NCBI GenBank assembly: GCA_965216755.1
Contig: CBDCGL010000011.1
Coordinates: forward strand, 512,001 to 576,000
DNA: 64,000 nucleotides
From: Alphaproteobacteria bacterium
Lineage (GTDB): Bacteria; Pseudomonadota; Alphaproteobacteria; UBA7887
Reading direction: 5' to 3'
Notes under the pieces: generated by a model
Told to the model about the DNA's origin: nothing
The model's input: only the letters and a program-made list of their open reading frames with translations
Database searches by the model: none
Shown: positions 1 to 10,900 of the stretch, piece after piece
Numbering within the stretch: position 1 is the stretch's first letter
Layout: each line of letters starts with the position of its first letter
Position numbers and translations under genes: made by a program

Positions 1-1202
1 CCCACATGCAGGAGGAGATCCGCGATTCCGCGGCGTTCGGCTGGACCATTCCCGCGCCGGCGTTTGATTGGTCGAAACTGATCGCCAACAAAGACGCCGA
101 ACTCGATCGCTTGAACGGCATCTATGAGCAGATGCTGGCGAACGCAAATGTCGACCTGCTGATGGGACGCGGCCGCCTGTTGGACCCACATACCGTCCGC
201 ATCGACGGCCCGGATGGCAGCCGCGATGTGACTGCCGAGACAATCCTGATTGCAACCGGCGGGTGGCCCGAACTACCGCAGTTGCCAGGCATCGAGCATG
301 CCATTTCGTCGAATGAGGCACTCGACTTGGCACATTTGCCCGAACGAATCGTGATTGTCGGTGGCGGCTACATCGCGGTTGAGTTTGCCGGTATCTTTCA
401 TCACCTGGGCGTTGATGTGACGGTTGTCATCCGGCGCGATTTGTTGCTGCGTGGTTTCGACCACGATGTGCGGGTCCACTTGCAGGCGGAGCTTGTACGC
501 CAAGGCATTGACGTGAAACAGGCCTGCAAAATCACGGCGATCCGCCGCCAGGGCGATGTTCTCGTCTTTGACAACACCGACGGTGTGCATTTGGAAGCGG
601 ATGCGGTTTTGTTCGCCACCGGCCGCGCGCCACGGACAAGCAATATGGGGTTGGAAGCGGCAGGTGTTGCCGTGCGCGATACCGGTGCAATTGTGGTCGA
701 TGCGCGGTCCCGTACGACGGTGGAGAATATCTACGCCGTGGGCGATTGCACCGATCGGGTCAATCTGACCCCGGTGGCGATTGCCGAAGGTCGAGCGCTG
801 GTCGAAACGCTGTATAACGACAATTCACAGATTTTCGACTATGACAATATCCCGTCTGCCGTTTTCAGCCAGCCGCCGATCGGGCAGGTTGGCTTGACCG
901 AGGAGCAAGCGCGCCTAAGATACGAGAATATTTCGATTTATCGGGCAGCGTTTCGACCGCTCAAGAATACTATCAGTGGCAATAAGGGACGCGTCTTGAT
1001 GAAGATGGTCGTCGATGCCGATGGCGACCGCGTTCTTGGCTGCCATATGGTTGGAAACGACGCGCCGGAGATCATTCAGGGGATCGCGGTCGCCCTGAAA
1101 AGTGGTGCGACAAAGGCCGATTTCGATGAAACCATCGGCATACATCCGACGGCCGCCGAGGAATTTGTCACAATGTACCAGGCTGACGAAGCGGCGGAGT
1201 AG
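1..1202 (+). CDS. gor: Glutathione-disulfide reductase (5' end lies outside the window)
   Basis: GGGYIAVEFAG NADPH-binding motif, AVGD motif and C-terminal HPTAAEE dimerisation motif. The N-terminal CxxxxC is not in the window. Confidence 0.93.
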   Translation, partial: HMQEEIRDSAAFGWTIPAPAFDWSKLIANKDAELDRLNGIYEQMLANANVDLLMGRGRLLDPHTVRIDGPDGSRDVTAETILIATGGWPELPQLPGIEHAISSNEALDLAHLPERIVIVGGGYIAVEFAGIFHHLGVDVTVVIRRDLLLRGFDHDVRVHLQAELVRQGIDVKQACKITAIRRQGDVLVFDNTDGVHLEADAVLFATGRAPRTSNMGLEAAGVAVRDTGAIVVDARSRTTVENIYAVGDCTDRVNLTPVAIAEGRALVETLYNDNSQIFDYDNIPSAVFSQPPIGQVGLTEEQARLRYENISIYRAAFRPLKNTISGNKGRVLMKMVVDADGDRVLGCHMVGNDAPEIIQGIAVALKSGATKADFDETIGIHPTAAEEFVTMYQADEAAE

Positions 1203-1289
1203 GCGAGCGGTCGCCCATCTTCGATGTTGGCAAATCCTTCATTGGCGCATTATACGTGTGCCATATCGGCATGATGTGTGCCGGAGGAC

Positions 1290-2672
1290 ATGATGAACGA
1301 TAGCTGGACCCCAGAAAGTTGGCGTGGTCTGCCGATCCGCCAACAGCCGACCTATGAAGACCTGACGCGTCAGGTGGATGTCGAACAACGACTACGCAGC
1401 TACCCCCCCTTGGTATTTGCCGGCGAAGCGCGTCAACTGCGCGCCGAACTTGCAGAAGTGGCGGCGGGCAACGCGTTCTTATTGCAGGGTGGCGATTGCG
1501 CCGAGAGCTTCGCTGAGTTCCATCCCGACAACATACGCGACATGTTCCGTGTGCTGTTGCAAATGGCGATTGTGCTGACCTATGGCGCGGCCATGCCCGT
1601 GGTCAAAGTGGGCCGCATGGCCGGTCAGTTTGCCAAACCGCGCTCGGCCGATACCGAGCAGCAAGGCGAAATCTCACTACCCAGCTATCGCGGTGATATC
1701 GTCAATCACATCGATTTTTCCGCCGCAGCGCGTCGGCCAGACGCCGAAAGGATGGTACAAGCCTACGCCCAATCGGCTGCGACCTTGAACTTGTTGCGCG
1801 CGTTTTCCCAGGGTGGCTACGCAGATTTGCATCAGGTGCACCGATGGAATCTCGACTTTGTTGCCAGTAGTCCCCAGGGCGCCCGCTACCGTGATTTGGC
1901 GGATCGATTGAGCGAATGTTTGGCGTTCATGGAAGCGTGCGGACTGACCGCCGAGACCGTGCCGCAAATCCGGCAGACCAGCTTCTACACTAGCCATGAA
2001 GCGTTGCTACTGGGGTATGAAGAAGCGCTGACGCGGATCGATAGTACATCTGGCGATTGGTATGACTGCTCCGCGCACATGTTGTGGATTGGCGACCGGA
2101 CGCGCGATCTCGAGGAAGCTCACGTCGAATTCTTGAGTGGCGTCGGCAATCCGATTGGCGTCAAAGTCGGTCCGACGACCACGGAGGACGACCTGATCCG
2201 GCTGATCGATGTACTCAATCCGACCGATGAACCGGGGCGCCTGACGCTGATCGCGCGCATGGGCAGCGACAAGGTCGGCACTTTGTTGCCGCCTCTGGTG
2301 CGCCGGGTACGAAACGAGGGCCGCTCCGTTGTTTGGTCATGCGACCCCATGCATGGCAACACGGTCAAGTCGCATAGTGGCTACAAGACACGCCCATTCG
2401 ATCGGATCTTGATGGAAACGCGCGGCTTTTTCGCGGTGCATGAAGCTGAGGGAACTTACGCCGGTGGCGTGCATTTCGAGATGACCGGCCAAGATGTGAC
2501 CGAGTGTATCGGCGGGGCGCAAGCGATTACCGAGGATGCCTTATCGGCCCGCTATCACACGCATTGTGACCCGCGCCTTAATGCGTCCCAAAGCTTGGAA
2601 TTGGCCTTCCTGATCGCGGAAGCGTTGAAATCCGCGTGCGTAGGCCAGCACCAGACCGCTGCCGCGTCGTAA
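1290..2672 (+). CDS. Class II DAHP synthase
   Basis: [38 protein letters not shown] and CDPRLN motifs. ATG at 1290 follows a GGAGGA Shine-Dalgarno (SD) sequence. Confidence 0.95.
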   Translation: MMNDSWTPESWRGLPIRQQPTYEDLTRQVDVEQRLRSYPPLVFAGEARQLRAELAEVAAGNAFLLQGGDCAESFAEFHPDNIRDMFRVLLQMAIVLTYGAAMPVVKVGRMAGQFAKPRSADTEQQGEISLPSYRGDIVNHIDFSAAARRPDAERMVQAYAQSAATLNLLRAFSQGGYADLHQVHRWNLDFVASSPQGARYRDLADRLSECLAFMEACGLTAETVPQIRQTSFYTSHEALLLGYEEALTRIDSTSGDWYDCSAHMLWIGDRTRDLEEAHVEFLSGVGNPIGVKVGPTTTEDDLIRLIDVLNPTDEPGRLTLIARMGSDKVGTLLPPLVRRVRNEGRSVVWSCDPMHGNTVKSHSGYKTRPFDRILMETRGFFAVHEAEGTYAGGVHFEMTGQDVTECIGGAQAITEDALSARYHTHCDPRLNASQSLELAFLIAEALKSACVGQHQTAAAS

Positions 2673-2797
2673 CCAGCTGATGCCAAGGAATCCGGAGTTG
2701 CAAGCGCCCGTGTCTTGCGCCGCCGGCCGAGCTCGTCGCCCCCGTTTGGCCGTGTCTTGGTGGCGGTTTCGTGTGACATCAAAGCTCGCGAATCGTC

Positions 2798-3925
2798 ATG
2801 TCTGCGTTTGAAGACTTTGTCGCGAGACAAACCGACCACTACTTCAAGCGGACCCGCCAAATTGTTGAACAATATGGTGATCGCCGTGTCACCTATGCCG
2901 TGTTCATGCGTCGGCCGGTGATGTTTTGCCCGAGACTGGCGGTGGCCTGGCTCGAAGAAGCCTCGCGTGCGCGAGATGCGTCGTTTGAAATAGAGCCCCA
3001 GTTTGACGAGGGCGCTTGGGTCGGCGCAGGTGAGCCACTTATATACGTTTCCGGGCCATTGGTTCATTTGGCCGATCTGGAAACCATCTATTTGCAACGG
3101 ATAGGGGCACCGAGCGTCGCAGCCTACAATGCTTATGCGATGTGTGTCGATTTGCCAAATGTTGCTTTTCTGGCCATGGATGCACGCCATTGCGCCGGCG
3201 CCGAAATGGCCGAGATGATGGCCTATGGAGCCAGCGTCGGCTCGCGTAAGGCGCAACAAGATGCTGGCGCAAAGGGATTTATCGGCTCCGCGAATGACGC
3301 CACTGCGCGCTATTTCGGCCGTGACCGTGGCCTTGGCACCATGCCCCATGCCTTGATCGGCTACGCCGGTTCGACAGTGCGCGCGGCCGAAATGTTCCAC
3401 GACACTTTTCCCGACGACCCATTGACCGTCTTGGTCGATTATTTCGGCCGCGAGGTCAGCGATAGTTTGGAGGTTTGCCGTCGGTTTCCGGATCTAGCCA
3501 CGGCTGGTACACTGGCGGTTCGGGTTGACACCCATGGTGGCCGGTTCATCGAGGGCTTGGATACCGCGCAATCTTACGCGGTTCTGGAAACCCACGCGCC
3601 CGAGGTCCTGCGCACCTATCGCAGCGAAACCGAATTGCGCTGGCTGGTGGGTACCGGCGTCACGGCGGCCGCGATATGGTATCTGCGCGACGCTCTTGAT
3701 CGCGCCGGGTTCGACAAAGTGAAGATTGTCGCCAGTTCCGGTTTCAGTCCGGCCAAATGCAAGTTGATGGCCAGTGTCGCCGCACCCATCGATATTGTCG
3801 GGACGGGATCTTATTTGCCCGAAAAATGGTCCGAGACCTATGCCACGGCTGACATCGTCGCCTATGACGACGAGCCCATGGTCAAGGTCGGGCGCGAATT
3901 TCTGCTGCGTAAACCATCGTCATGA
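2798..3925 (+). CDS. pncB: Nicotinate phosphoribosyltransferase
   Basis: TDHYF, GTMPHALIG, VRVDT, IVASSGF and DIVGTG motifs; overlaps the nadE start (ATGA). Confidence 0.85.
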   Translation: MSAFEDFVARQTDHYFKRTRQIVEQYGDRRVTYAVFMRRPVMFCPRLAVAWLEEASRARDASFEIEPQFDEGAWVGAGEPLIYVSGPLVHLADLETIYLQRIGAPSVAAYNAYAMCVDLPNVAFLAMDARHCAGAEMAEMMAYGASVGSRKAQQDAGAKGFIGSANDATARYFGRDRGLGTMPHALIGYAGSTVRAAEMFHDTFPDDPLTVLVDYFGREVSDSLEVCRRFPDLATAGTLAVRVDTHGGRFIEGLDTAQSYAVLETHAPEVLRTYRSETELRWLVGTGVTAAAIWYLRDALDRAGFDKVKIVASSGFSPAKCKLMASVAAPIDIVGTGSYLPEKWSETYATADIVAYDDEPMVKVGREFLLRKPSS

Positions 3926-5586
3926 GCAAGCTTCTGCGCGTCGCGCTTGGCCAGGTCAACCCGACCGTTGGTGATATTCCGCGCAATGTCGCGCTGATTC
4001 GCAAGGCGCGCGCGGTGGCGGCCAAAGATGGCGCCGACTTGCTGGTGTTTCCAGAGCTGGTCCTGACCGGCTACCCGCCGGAGGACCTGGTTCTTAGGCC
4101 AGTGTTTCAGGAAACCGCTGAGGGCGCGGTCCAGGATTTGGCGGCCGACACCGCCGACGGTGGCCCGGCGCTATTAATTGGCAGCCCGTGGCGCGACAAT
4201 GGCAAACTCTACAACTCTGCCATATTGCTGGACGGCGGCAAGATAGTAGCGCGGCGCGACAAGGTGCTGCTCCCGAACTACGGCGTGTTCGACGAACAGC
4301 GCTTGTTTGCTACGGGCGACTTATCCGGCCCAATCGCGTTTCGCGACGTGCGGCTTGGCGTGCTGGTTTGCGAGGATATGTGGGGCCCGGATGTGGCGGA
4401 GACGCTCCAAGAAAGTGGCGCCCAAATCTTACTCGTGATGAACGGCTCGCCATTTGAACTCGACAAGGACGATGTGCGTTTGAACCACGCGGTGGCCAGG
4501 ATCACCGAGACTGGCTTGCCGTTGGCCTATGTCAACCAGGTCGGCGGTCAAGACGAGTTGGCGTTCGATGGCAGCTCATTCGTCCTGGCCAAGGACTGCC
4601 GGCGCGTTGTGCAGGCGTCGTCGTGGCGTGAGCAAGTTCTGACCACCGAATGGCAGCGCGACGCCGATGATTCGTGGGCTTGTACCACGGCCGTGACCGC
4701 GGCCGAACCGAGCCGATTTGAATCGATTTACCACGCCATGGTGATCGGTCTACGCGACTATGTCGGCAAGAACGGCTTTCCTGGTGTGATTGTCGGCCTA
4801 TCGGGTGGAATTGATTCGGCGCTATCGGCAGCGGTTGCTGCCGACGCGTTGGGGCCTGAAAACGTCTGGTGTGTGCGGATGCCGTCGCGGTTTTCATCGC
4901 AGCACAGCTTGGATGACGCGGCTGAATGCGCGCGACTTCTGGGTGTGCGCTGCGACACCGTGCCGATCGGGGCCGCACATGACGCTTTCGAAGGCATGCT
5001 TGGCGATCTGTTTGCTGGCCAAGAACCGGATGAAGCGGAGGAGAATATTCAGGCGCGTGCGCGGGGCATCGTGCTGATGGCTTTGTCAAACAAATTCGGT
5101 GAGATGGTCTTGACGACCGGCAACAAGTCCGAAATGTCGGTCGGATACGCAACGCTCTATGGGGACATGTGTGGCGGATTTTCGGTCCTGAAAGACGTTT
5201 ACAAGAGTACCGTGTTTGCGCTTTCAAGGTGGCGCAATCAGCATCATACCGACGATTTGCTGGGGCCGAAAGGGCGCGTGATCCCAGAAAACATCATTAC
5301 CAAGCCGCCATCCGCGGAACTGCGACCCGATCAGACCGATCAAGACAGCCTGCCGCCCTACGATATCCTCGACGATATTCTGAACGGCTTGGTCGAGAAG
5401 GAACTGTCGATTGACGATCTGGTCGCCCATGGTCACGATCGGGCAATTGTGCGACGGGTGCGTCGCTTGCTGTATCGCGCCGAATATAAGCGGCGGCAAG
5501 CGCCACCGGGCGTCAAGATTACACGCCGGGCCTTTGGTCGCGACCGGCGATATCCGATCACGAATGGGTTCTTGGGTGTCGAGTAG
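3922..5586 (+). CDS. nadE: Glutamine-dependent NAD+ synthetase
   Basis: N-terminal nitrilase-type domain (FPELVLTGYPPED, LPNYGVFDE, VCEDMW) plus synthetase domain (SGGIDS, TGNKSE, PSAEL, AEYKRRQ). Confidence 0.96.
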   Translation: MSKLLRVALGQVNPTVGDIPRNVALIRKARAVAAKDGADLLVFPELVLTGYPPEDLVLRPVFQETAEGAVQDLAADTADGGPALLIGSPWRDNGKLYNSAILLDGGKIVARRDKVLLPNYGVFDEQRLFATGDLSGPIAFRDVRLGVLVCEDMWGPDVAETLQESGAQILLVMNGSPFELDKDDVRLNHAVARITETGLPLAYVNQVGGQDELAFDGSSFVLAKDCRRVVQASSWREQVLTTEWQRDADDSWACTTAVTAAEPSRFESIYHAMVIGLRDYVGKNGFPGVIVGLSGGIDSALSAAVAADALGPENVWCVRMPSRFSSQHSLDDAAECARLLGVRCDTVPIGAAHDAFEGMLGDLFAGQEPDEAEENIQARARGIVLMALSNKFGEMVLTTGNKSEMSVGYATLYGDMCGGFSVLKDVYKSTVFALSRWRNQHHTDDLLGPKGRVIPENIITKPPSAELRPDQTDQDSLPPYDILDDILNGLVEKELSIDDLVAHGHDRAIVRRVRRLLYRAEYKRRQAPPGVKITRRAFGRDRRYPITNGFLGVE

Positions 5587-5624
5587 GAAAAAGATGTGTC
5601 ACAATTGATTAGTTCACCTAGGAA

Positions 5625-6998
5625 ATGAATATACAGCTCTACAATACGGCTAGCCGCCAGAAAGAAATATTCGAGCCTTTGGATCCGGCACATGTACGCA
5701 TGTATGTGTGTGGGCCAACAGTCTATGACCGCGCGCATATCGGCAACGCGCGGCCTGTCATCGTGTTCGATGTATTGTACCAGCTGTTGAAACGGCACTA
5801 CGACAACGTGACCTATGTGCGCAACATCACGGACGTCGATGACAAGATCATGGAAACGGCGCGCGAAAACGATGAGCCTATTGGAGCGCTCACCGCGCGC
5901 ACGATCGAGATGTTTCACACCGACATGGCCGCGCTCAATACGGCGCCCCCGGATGTTGAGCCGCGGGCAACGGCGCATATCAATGAGATGATCGAACTCA
6001 TCGGCGTCTTGATTGAAAAAGGGCATGCTTATGCCGCGCAGGGCTGCGTGCTTTTTCACGTTCCGAGTATGCCCGACTATGGAAAACTGTCCGGGCGAAA
6101 TCGGGAAGAAATGATCGCGGGTGCGCGCGTCGAAGTCGCACCCTACAAGAAAGACCCGGCCGATTTTGTCCTTTGGAAGCCGTCCGACACTGATCAACCG
6201 GGGTGGGAAGCTCCCTGGGGTCGCGGCCGGCCGGGCTGGCATATTGAGTGCTCGGCGATGAGTGCGGCGCATCTCGGAGAAGAGTTCGACATTCACGGCG
6301 GTGGCCGGGATCTGATCTTTCCACACCACGAGAATGAGATGGCGCAAAGTGAGTGCGCGCACGACGGCCAGCAATTTGCGCGCTATTGGGTGCACAATGG
6401 CTATGTGACCGTGAACGGCGAGAAGATGTCGAAGTCGTTGGGCAATTTCTTCACCGTCCATGACCTTTTGGACCAGGCACCAGGGGAGGCGATCCGGTTC
6501 CTGATGCTGAAGACCCACTATCGCCACCCGCTTGATTGGAGTCTGCAGGCCTTGGTCGATGCCAAGGCGGAATTGGATCGACTCTACCTCGCGCTGCGCC
6601 ATGGTGTCGGCAACCAAATCGGCGACACCAGCGCCGTCGAAGCGGCATTGTGCGACGATCTCAATACGCCGCTGGCATTGAGTGCTCTTCACGCTTTGGC
6701 GGGCGACGTGAACAGGGCTGGTGGCGATAGCGCCCGCGCCGCGGCGGCCGCGACCCTGCGCGCCGCCGGTGCGTTGTTGGGTTTGCTGCAGCAGGACCCC
6801 GAGAATTGGCTCAAGGGCGCCGCGGATCGGACAGGCGATGAAGACGCCGCCGAAATCGAAGCGCTGATCGCGCAACGGGCCGCGGCGCGCAAGGCGCGCG
6901 ACTTTGCTGGCGCCGATCGAATCCGCGACTCGCTTGCGGCGCGGGGCATCGTCCTAGAGGATGGGGCCGGCGGGACCACCTGGCGCCGCGGCGGATAA
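5625..6998 (+). CDS. cysS: Cysteinyl-tRNA synthetase
   Basis: YVCGPTVY, HIGN, GWHIECSAM, DLIFPHHENE and KMSKS motifs. Confidence 0.97.
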   Translation: MNIQLYNTASRQKEIFEPLDPAHVRMYVCGPTVYDRAHIGNARPVIVFDVLYQLLKRHYDNVTYVRNITDVDDKIMETARENDEPIGALTARTIEMFHTDMAALNTAPPDVEPRATAHINEMIELIGVLIEKGHAYAAQGCVLFHVPSMPDYGKLSGRNREEMIAGARVEVAPYKKDPADFVLWKPSDTDQPGWEAPWGRGRPGWHIECSAMSAAHLGEEFDIHGGGRDLIFPHHENEMAQSECAHDGQQFARYWVHNGYVTVNGEKMSKSLGNFFTVHDLLDQAPGEAIRFLMLKTHYRHPLDWSLQALVDAKAELDRLYLALRHGVGNQIGDTSAVEAALCDDLNTPLALSALHALAGDVNRAGGDSARAAAAATLRAAGALLGLLQQDPENWLKGAADRTGDEDAAEIEALIAQRAAARKARDFAGADRIRDSLAARGIVLEDGAGGTTWRRGG

Positions 6999-7028
6999 GA
7001 CAAGCGTTTCGAAAGGCGCGAGCAGATC

Positions 7029-8618
7029 ATGGCCGATCGCGTTTATCTTTACGACACGACGTTGCGGGACGGCGGCCAAACGCAGGGGGTCGATTTCGGC
7101 GTGGCCGATAAAATCGCGATCGCGCGTGAGCTGGACGCACTTGGCGTCGACTATATCGAGGCCGGCTGGCCTGGTGCCAACCCGACCGACGACGCCATTT
7201 TCGAAGGACCACCGGCCCTCAAAACGGCCAAGCTGGTCGCTTTCGGCATGACCCGTCGCACCGGGCGCAGCGCCGACAACGATCCGTCATTGGCGGCGGT
7301 CATAAATGGTAGTCCCGGGCGTGCGTGTTTGGTCGGCAAAGCATGGGACTATCAGGTCACCACCGCGCTCGGCGTGGATATCGAGGAAAACTTGGCAATG
7401 ATCCGCGACAGCGTGGCACTGGCGGCACAACGCCTTGACGAAGCCATGTACGACGCCGAGCATTTCTTCGATGGTTACAAGGCCAATCCAGACTATGCGC
7501 TCGCGTGTTTGAAGGCGGCCCATGAGGCAGGCGCGAGATGGATCATTTTATGCGATACCAATGGCGGGACTTTGCCGCACGAGGTTGAGTCAATCGTGTC
7601 GGAGGTGGTCAAGCACATTCCCGGTGATTGCTTGGGCATTCATTGCCACAACGACAGCGACACTGCGGTGGCCAGTTCTTTGGCTGCGGTCCGCGCGGGC
7701 GTGCGCCAGGTTCAAGCGACCATGAATGGTCTTGGCGAGCGATGCGGCAACGCCAATCTCGTTTCCATCGCCGCCAATCTGGCGCTCAAGACGGACTATG
7801 AGATCGGCATCGATGAACAGGGCCTTCAAAGGCTGACACATGTTTCGCGACTCGTCGACGAGCGGCTCAATCGCAGCCACGATCGCGGCGCGCCGTTCGT
7901 TGGTGAATCAGCATTCGCCCACAAGGGCGGATTGCACGTTTCCGCCGTCGCACGCGATCCACGCACCTATGAGCACGTCACCCCCGAAGCGATTGGCAAT
8001 CAACGCGCAGTCGTAGTTTCGGACCAGGCGGGCCGGTCGAATATCGTCATGCGTTTGGCGGAACTCGGGGTCGACGTGGATCCAAAAAGCGATGCGCTCG
8101 GCAGGTTGGTCGAAGCCGTCAAAGGTCTGGAAGCGGAGGGATATTCGTACGATGGCGCAGACGCCAGTTTTGAGTTGTTGGCGCGGCGCACTTTGGGCAC
8201 TGTGCCCGACTATTTTCGTCTGATCTCGTTTCGCGTTCTCGACGAGCATCGCACGGACAAGGGCGGCAGCTTGGACTCACTGTCAGAAGCGACCTTGAAG
8301 ATCGAAATCGGCGACCAGCAAATCATGACCGTGGCCGAAGGCAAGGGCCCGGTCGACGCGCTGGCCGCCAGCTTGCGTAAGGCGCTCATCGACTCGTACC
8401 AGGAATTGGCGGGTATGCATTTGATCGATTACAAAGTGCGTATCCTTACACCGGAGGCGGGCACGCAAGCTGTTGTCCGCGTGATGATCGAAAGTGCCGA
8501 TCGCGGTGACCTCAATTGGTCGACGGTTGGCGTATCCGACAATGTGATACGGGCATCCTATGACGCGCTCCGCGACGCGATCAATTGGCGCTTGATGCAT
8601 GCCGACCGCACGGCCTGA
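7029..8618 (+). CDS. cimA: Citramalate synthase (DRE-TIM family, LeuA-type regulatory domain)
   Basis: DTTLRDGGQ, DAEHFFDGY, LCDTNGG, IHCHND, GERCGNANL and AFAHKGGLH motifs. Confidence 0.9.
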   Translation: MADRVYLYDTTLRDGGQTQGVDFGVADKIAIARELDALGVDYIEAGWPGANPTDDAIFEGPPALKTAKLVAFGMTRRTGRSADNDPSLAAVINGSPGRACLVGKAWDYQVTTALGVDIEENLAMIRDSVALAAQRLDEAMYDAEHFFDGYKANPDYALACLKAAHEAGARWIILCDTNGGTLPHEVESIVSEVVKHIPGDCLGIHCHNDSDTAVASSLAAVRAGVRQVQATMNGLGERCGNANLVSIAANLALKTDYEIGIDEQGLQRLTHVSRLVDERLNRSHDRGAPFVGESAFAHKGGLHVSAVARDPRTYEHVTPEAIGNQRAVVVSDQAGRSNIVMRLAELGVDVDPKSDALGRLVEAVKGLEAEGYSYDGADASFELLARRTLGTVPDYFRLISFRVLDEHRTDKGGSLDSLSEATLKIEIGDQQIMTVAEGKGPVDALAASLRKALIDSYQELAGMHLIDYKVRILTPEAGTQAVVRVMIESADRGDLNWSTVGVSDNVIRASYDALRDAINWRLMHADRTA

Positions 8619-8623
8619 CTCTC

Positions 8624-9433
8624 TTGGCCGGCACTGATCACACGGGGACTAGGGCGCAGGACACGGACGTGCCGCCGCTGGCGCCGGTCGTCATTTTGGT
8701 TGGCCCGCAGCTTGGGGAAAACATCGGCACGGCGGCCCGAGCCATGCTCAATTTCGGTCTCACGGATCTGCGATTGGTCAGGCCGCGTGATGGTTGGCCC
8801 AACGACAAGGCACGCGGTGCATCATCGGGTGCGACCGCCGTTATCGACGGCGCCAAGTTGTTTGACAATACCGAGAGGGCGATCGCCGACCTCGACTACG
8901 TACTGGCGTGCACCGCACGGCCCCGCGACATGACCAAGGCGGTGCAAACCCCGGGCCGCGCGGCGGAAAACTGTCGTATGCGCGCAGTGCGGGGGATTGC
9001 GACCGGTCTCTTGTTCGGACCTGAGAAACATGGCCTGGACAATGACGACGTGACGCTGGCGGACGCCATTGTCAGCATTCCAACCAATCCTGGCTTCGCT
9101 TCGCTAAACTTGGCGATGTCCGTCTTGCTGCTGGGGTATGAGTGGCTTCGAACTGCCGAAGCGACGCCCGCCGAACGACTTGACTATGGCGCAAATACGC
9201 GGCCGGCAACGAAGCAAGAGCTGTTGGGATTCTTCGGCCATTTGGAACGCGAGCTGGATGTTTGCGGGTTTCTGCGCGTTCGTGAGATGCGGCCGCGCAT
9301 GGTCCGCAATATCCGCAATATCTTTCAGCGGGCAAGCTTGTCCGAACAAGAAGTGCGGACGTTGCGTGGCATCGTTGCCGGTTTGACCCGCCGGCCGCGT
9401 CGGGCCGATGGTTGCGACCAGGATACGGTTTGA
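8624..9433 (+). CDS. trmJ: TrmJ/TrmH-family SPOUT RNA methyltransferase
   Basis: PQLGENIGTAARAMLNFG, LFGPE and SLNLA motifs. Start is uncertain: TTG 8624 gives MAGTDHT; GTG 8669 is the alternative. Confidence 0.85.
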   Translation: MAGTDHTGTRAQDTDVPPLAPVVILVGPQLGENIGTAARAMLNFGLTDLRLVRPRDGWPNDKARGASSGATAVIDGAKLFDNTERAIADLDYVLACTARPRDMTKAVQTPGRAAENCRMRAVRGIATGLLFGPEKHGLDNDDVTLADAIVSIPTNPGFASLNLAMSVLLLGYEWLRTAEATPAERLDYGANTRPATKQELLGFFGHLERELDVCGFLRVREMRPRMVRNIRNIFQRASLSEQEVRTLRGIVAGLTRRPRRADGCDQDTV

Positions 9434-9457
9434 CTTGGTCGGGGCGCCGAGTATAGT
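9430..9457 (+). promoter_or_regulatory. Sigma70-like promoter for rpsD
   Basis: TTGACT (9430-9435, overlapping the trmJ stop) - 16 nt - TATAGT (9452-9457). Confidence 0.6.
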
Positions 9458-9517
9458 ACCGCGCCTTAACTCAGCCGGCCGGGACGCGGCCGGCTTTGCA
9501 ATGTTTTCGGATGTACA

Positions 9518-10132
9518 ATGAGTAAAAGACTCGGGTCGAAGTATAAAATCGACCGGCGCTTGTCACTAAACCTGTGGGGCCGGCCGAAAAGTCCGATCAA
9601 TCGCAGGGAGTATGGCCCCGGCGAACATGGTCAGCGCCGGCGCAAGGTGTCGGACTTTGGTACGCAGCTGCGCGCGAAACAAAGGCTCCGTTTCTATTAC
9701 GGCAACATCACCGAAAAACAGTTCCGCCGGATCTACAAGGAGGCTGTCAAGGCACGTGGCGATACGGGCGAGCATCTTATCGGCCTTTTGGAACGACGGC
9801 TCGACGCCGTGGTATATCGGATGCAGTTGGTGCCGACTGTGTTCGCTGCCCGGCAGTTGATCAACCACGGCCATATTCAGGTAAATGGCCGGCGGGTGAC
9901 GATTCCGAGCTATCGCCTCCGCGAGGGTGACGAGATCGAAGTTCGCGCAAAGTCAAAGCAACATCCCCTGGTTCTGGAGTCGGTCCAAAACCCCGAGAGG
10001 GACGTTCCTGACTATATCGAGATCGATTTCGATAAGCTCAAAGGCCGCATGATCCGCATACCCATGCTGGCCGATGTGCCGTATCCCGTGCAAATGGAAC
10101 CCAATCTGGTGATCGAGTATTACTCGCGCTGA
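9518..10132 (+). CDS. rpsD: 30S ribosomal protein S4
   Basis: [26 protein letters not shown] and [10 protein letters not shown] motifs; ends EYYSR. Confidence 0.98.
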   Translation: MSKRLGSKYKIDRRLSLNLWGRPKSPINRREYGPGEHGQRRRKVSDFGTQLRAKQRLRFYYGNITEKQFRRIYKEAVKARGDTGEHLIGLLERRLDAVVYRMQLVPTVFAARQLINHGHIQVNGRRVTIPSYRLREGDEIEVRAKSKQHPLVLESVQNPERDVPDYIEIDFDKLKGRMIRIPMLADVPYPVQMEPNLVIEYYSR

Positions 10133-10158
10133 TTGGGACTTTTGTCGATGTCAACTCG

Positions 10159-10183
10159 CGCCCGCGCTTGCCGCGGGCGTTTT
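10159..10183 (+). terminator. Intrinsic terminator after rpsD
   Basis: CGCCCGCG-cttgc-CGCGGGCG followed by TTTT. Confidence 0.7.
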
Positions 10184-10220
10184 AGCATGAGCCTCGGTCT
10201 CAATTGCGGGTCTCGATTCA

Positions 10221-10253
10221 TCGTGTTAGATTTCTGAACGATCAGTTTGGTAT
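10221..10253. repeat. Left copy of an imperfect inverted repeat / TetR operator (core CTGAACGATCAG)
   Basis: Its reverse complement ATACCAAACTGATCGTTCAGAAATCTAACACGA aligns with 10901-10936 at 30 of 36 columns. Confidence 0.7.
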
Positions 10254-10261
10254 TTGAAGGA

Positions 10262-10888
10262 ATGCCGCGCAAAAAGGAATTCGTCCCGGAGGTCGCGCTG
10301 GAAGCCGCGATGAGGCTGTTTTGGCAGAAAGGGTATGCGGCGACTTCGGTTCAAGAGCTAACCGACGTCATGGGTATCAATCGTTTCAGCCTCTATGACA
10401 CGTTCGGTGACAAACACACCCTCTATCTCGCAGCGATAGACCTCTATTGCACGGAGGTAACGTCGGCTTTGCTTGTGACACTGGACGCCGATGATGGTGT
10501 GGTGGCCATTCGCTCCTATTTTCGGCAGCTAGTGAGAGCGTTGGCCACCGAAATCGGCCGCGACGGTTGTCTCGTTCAAAATGCGACGCTGGAACTTGCG
10601 GTGCGCGATCGTGCCGTGTCAGAGAAAACGAAGGCAATAAACCGGCTGGTTGAGCACAAATTCGAAGCCGCAATTAGGCGCGCGCAGAAGCATGGCGCGA
10701 TCGACAAGAAACTGAATGCGGGTGTTGGTGCGATTTCTTTGTTTGCGCTGGCACAGGGGCTAATTGTCCTGGCCAAGGACGGTCGGGACGCTGACGCGAT
10801 GGGCCGAATCCTCGGGTTCGTCCAAGAAGAACTCGATCGCTGGCGGTCGTTCGATTGTCCGCCGGGCACCGGTGGAAAAGGGGCATAA
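10262..10888 (+). CDS. TetR/AcrR-family regulator (NemR/ComR-like)
   Basis: N-terminal HTH (LFWQKGYAATSVQELTDVMGINRFSLYDTFGDK) and GCL motif in the C-terminal domain. ATG follows GAAGGA. Confidence 0.92.
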   Translation: MPRKKEFVPEVALEAAMRLFWQKGYAATSVQELTDVMGINRFSLYDTFGDKHTLYLAAIDLYCTEVTSALLVTLDADDGVVAIRSYFRQLVRALATEIGRDGCLVQNATLELAVRDRAVSEKTKAINRLVEHKFEAAIRRAQKHGAIDKKLNAGVGAISLFALAQGLIVLAKDGRDADAMGRILGFVQEELDRWRSFDCPPGTGGKGA

Positions 10889-10900
10889 TTTTTTTGTCTC

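Noticed and set aside
5433-6875. 480-aa antisense ORF over cysS, and similar long ORFs opposite pncB, recJ, pgm and lepB
   Set aside because: These are shadow ORFs expected from high-GC codon bias; they have no motifs or SD and lie opposite well-supported genes.
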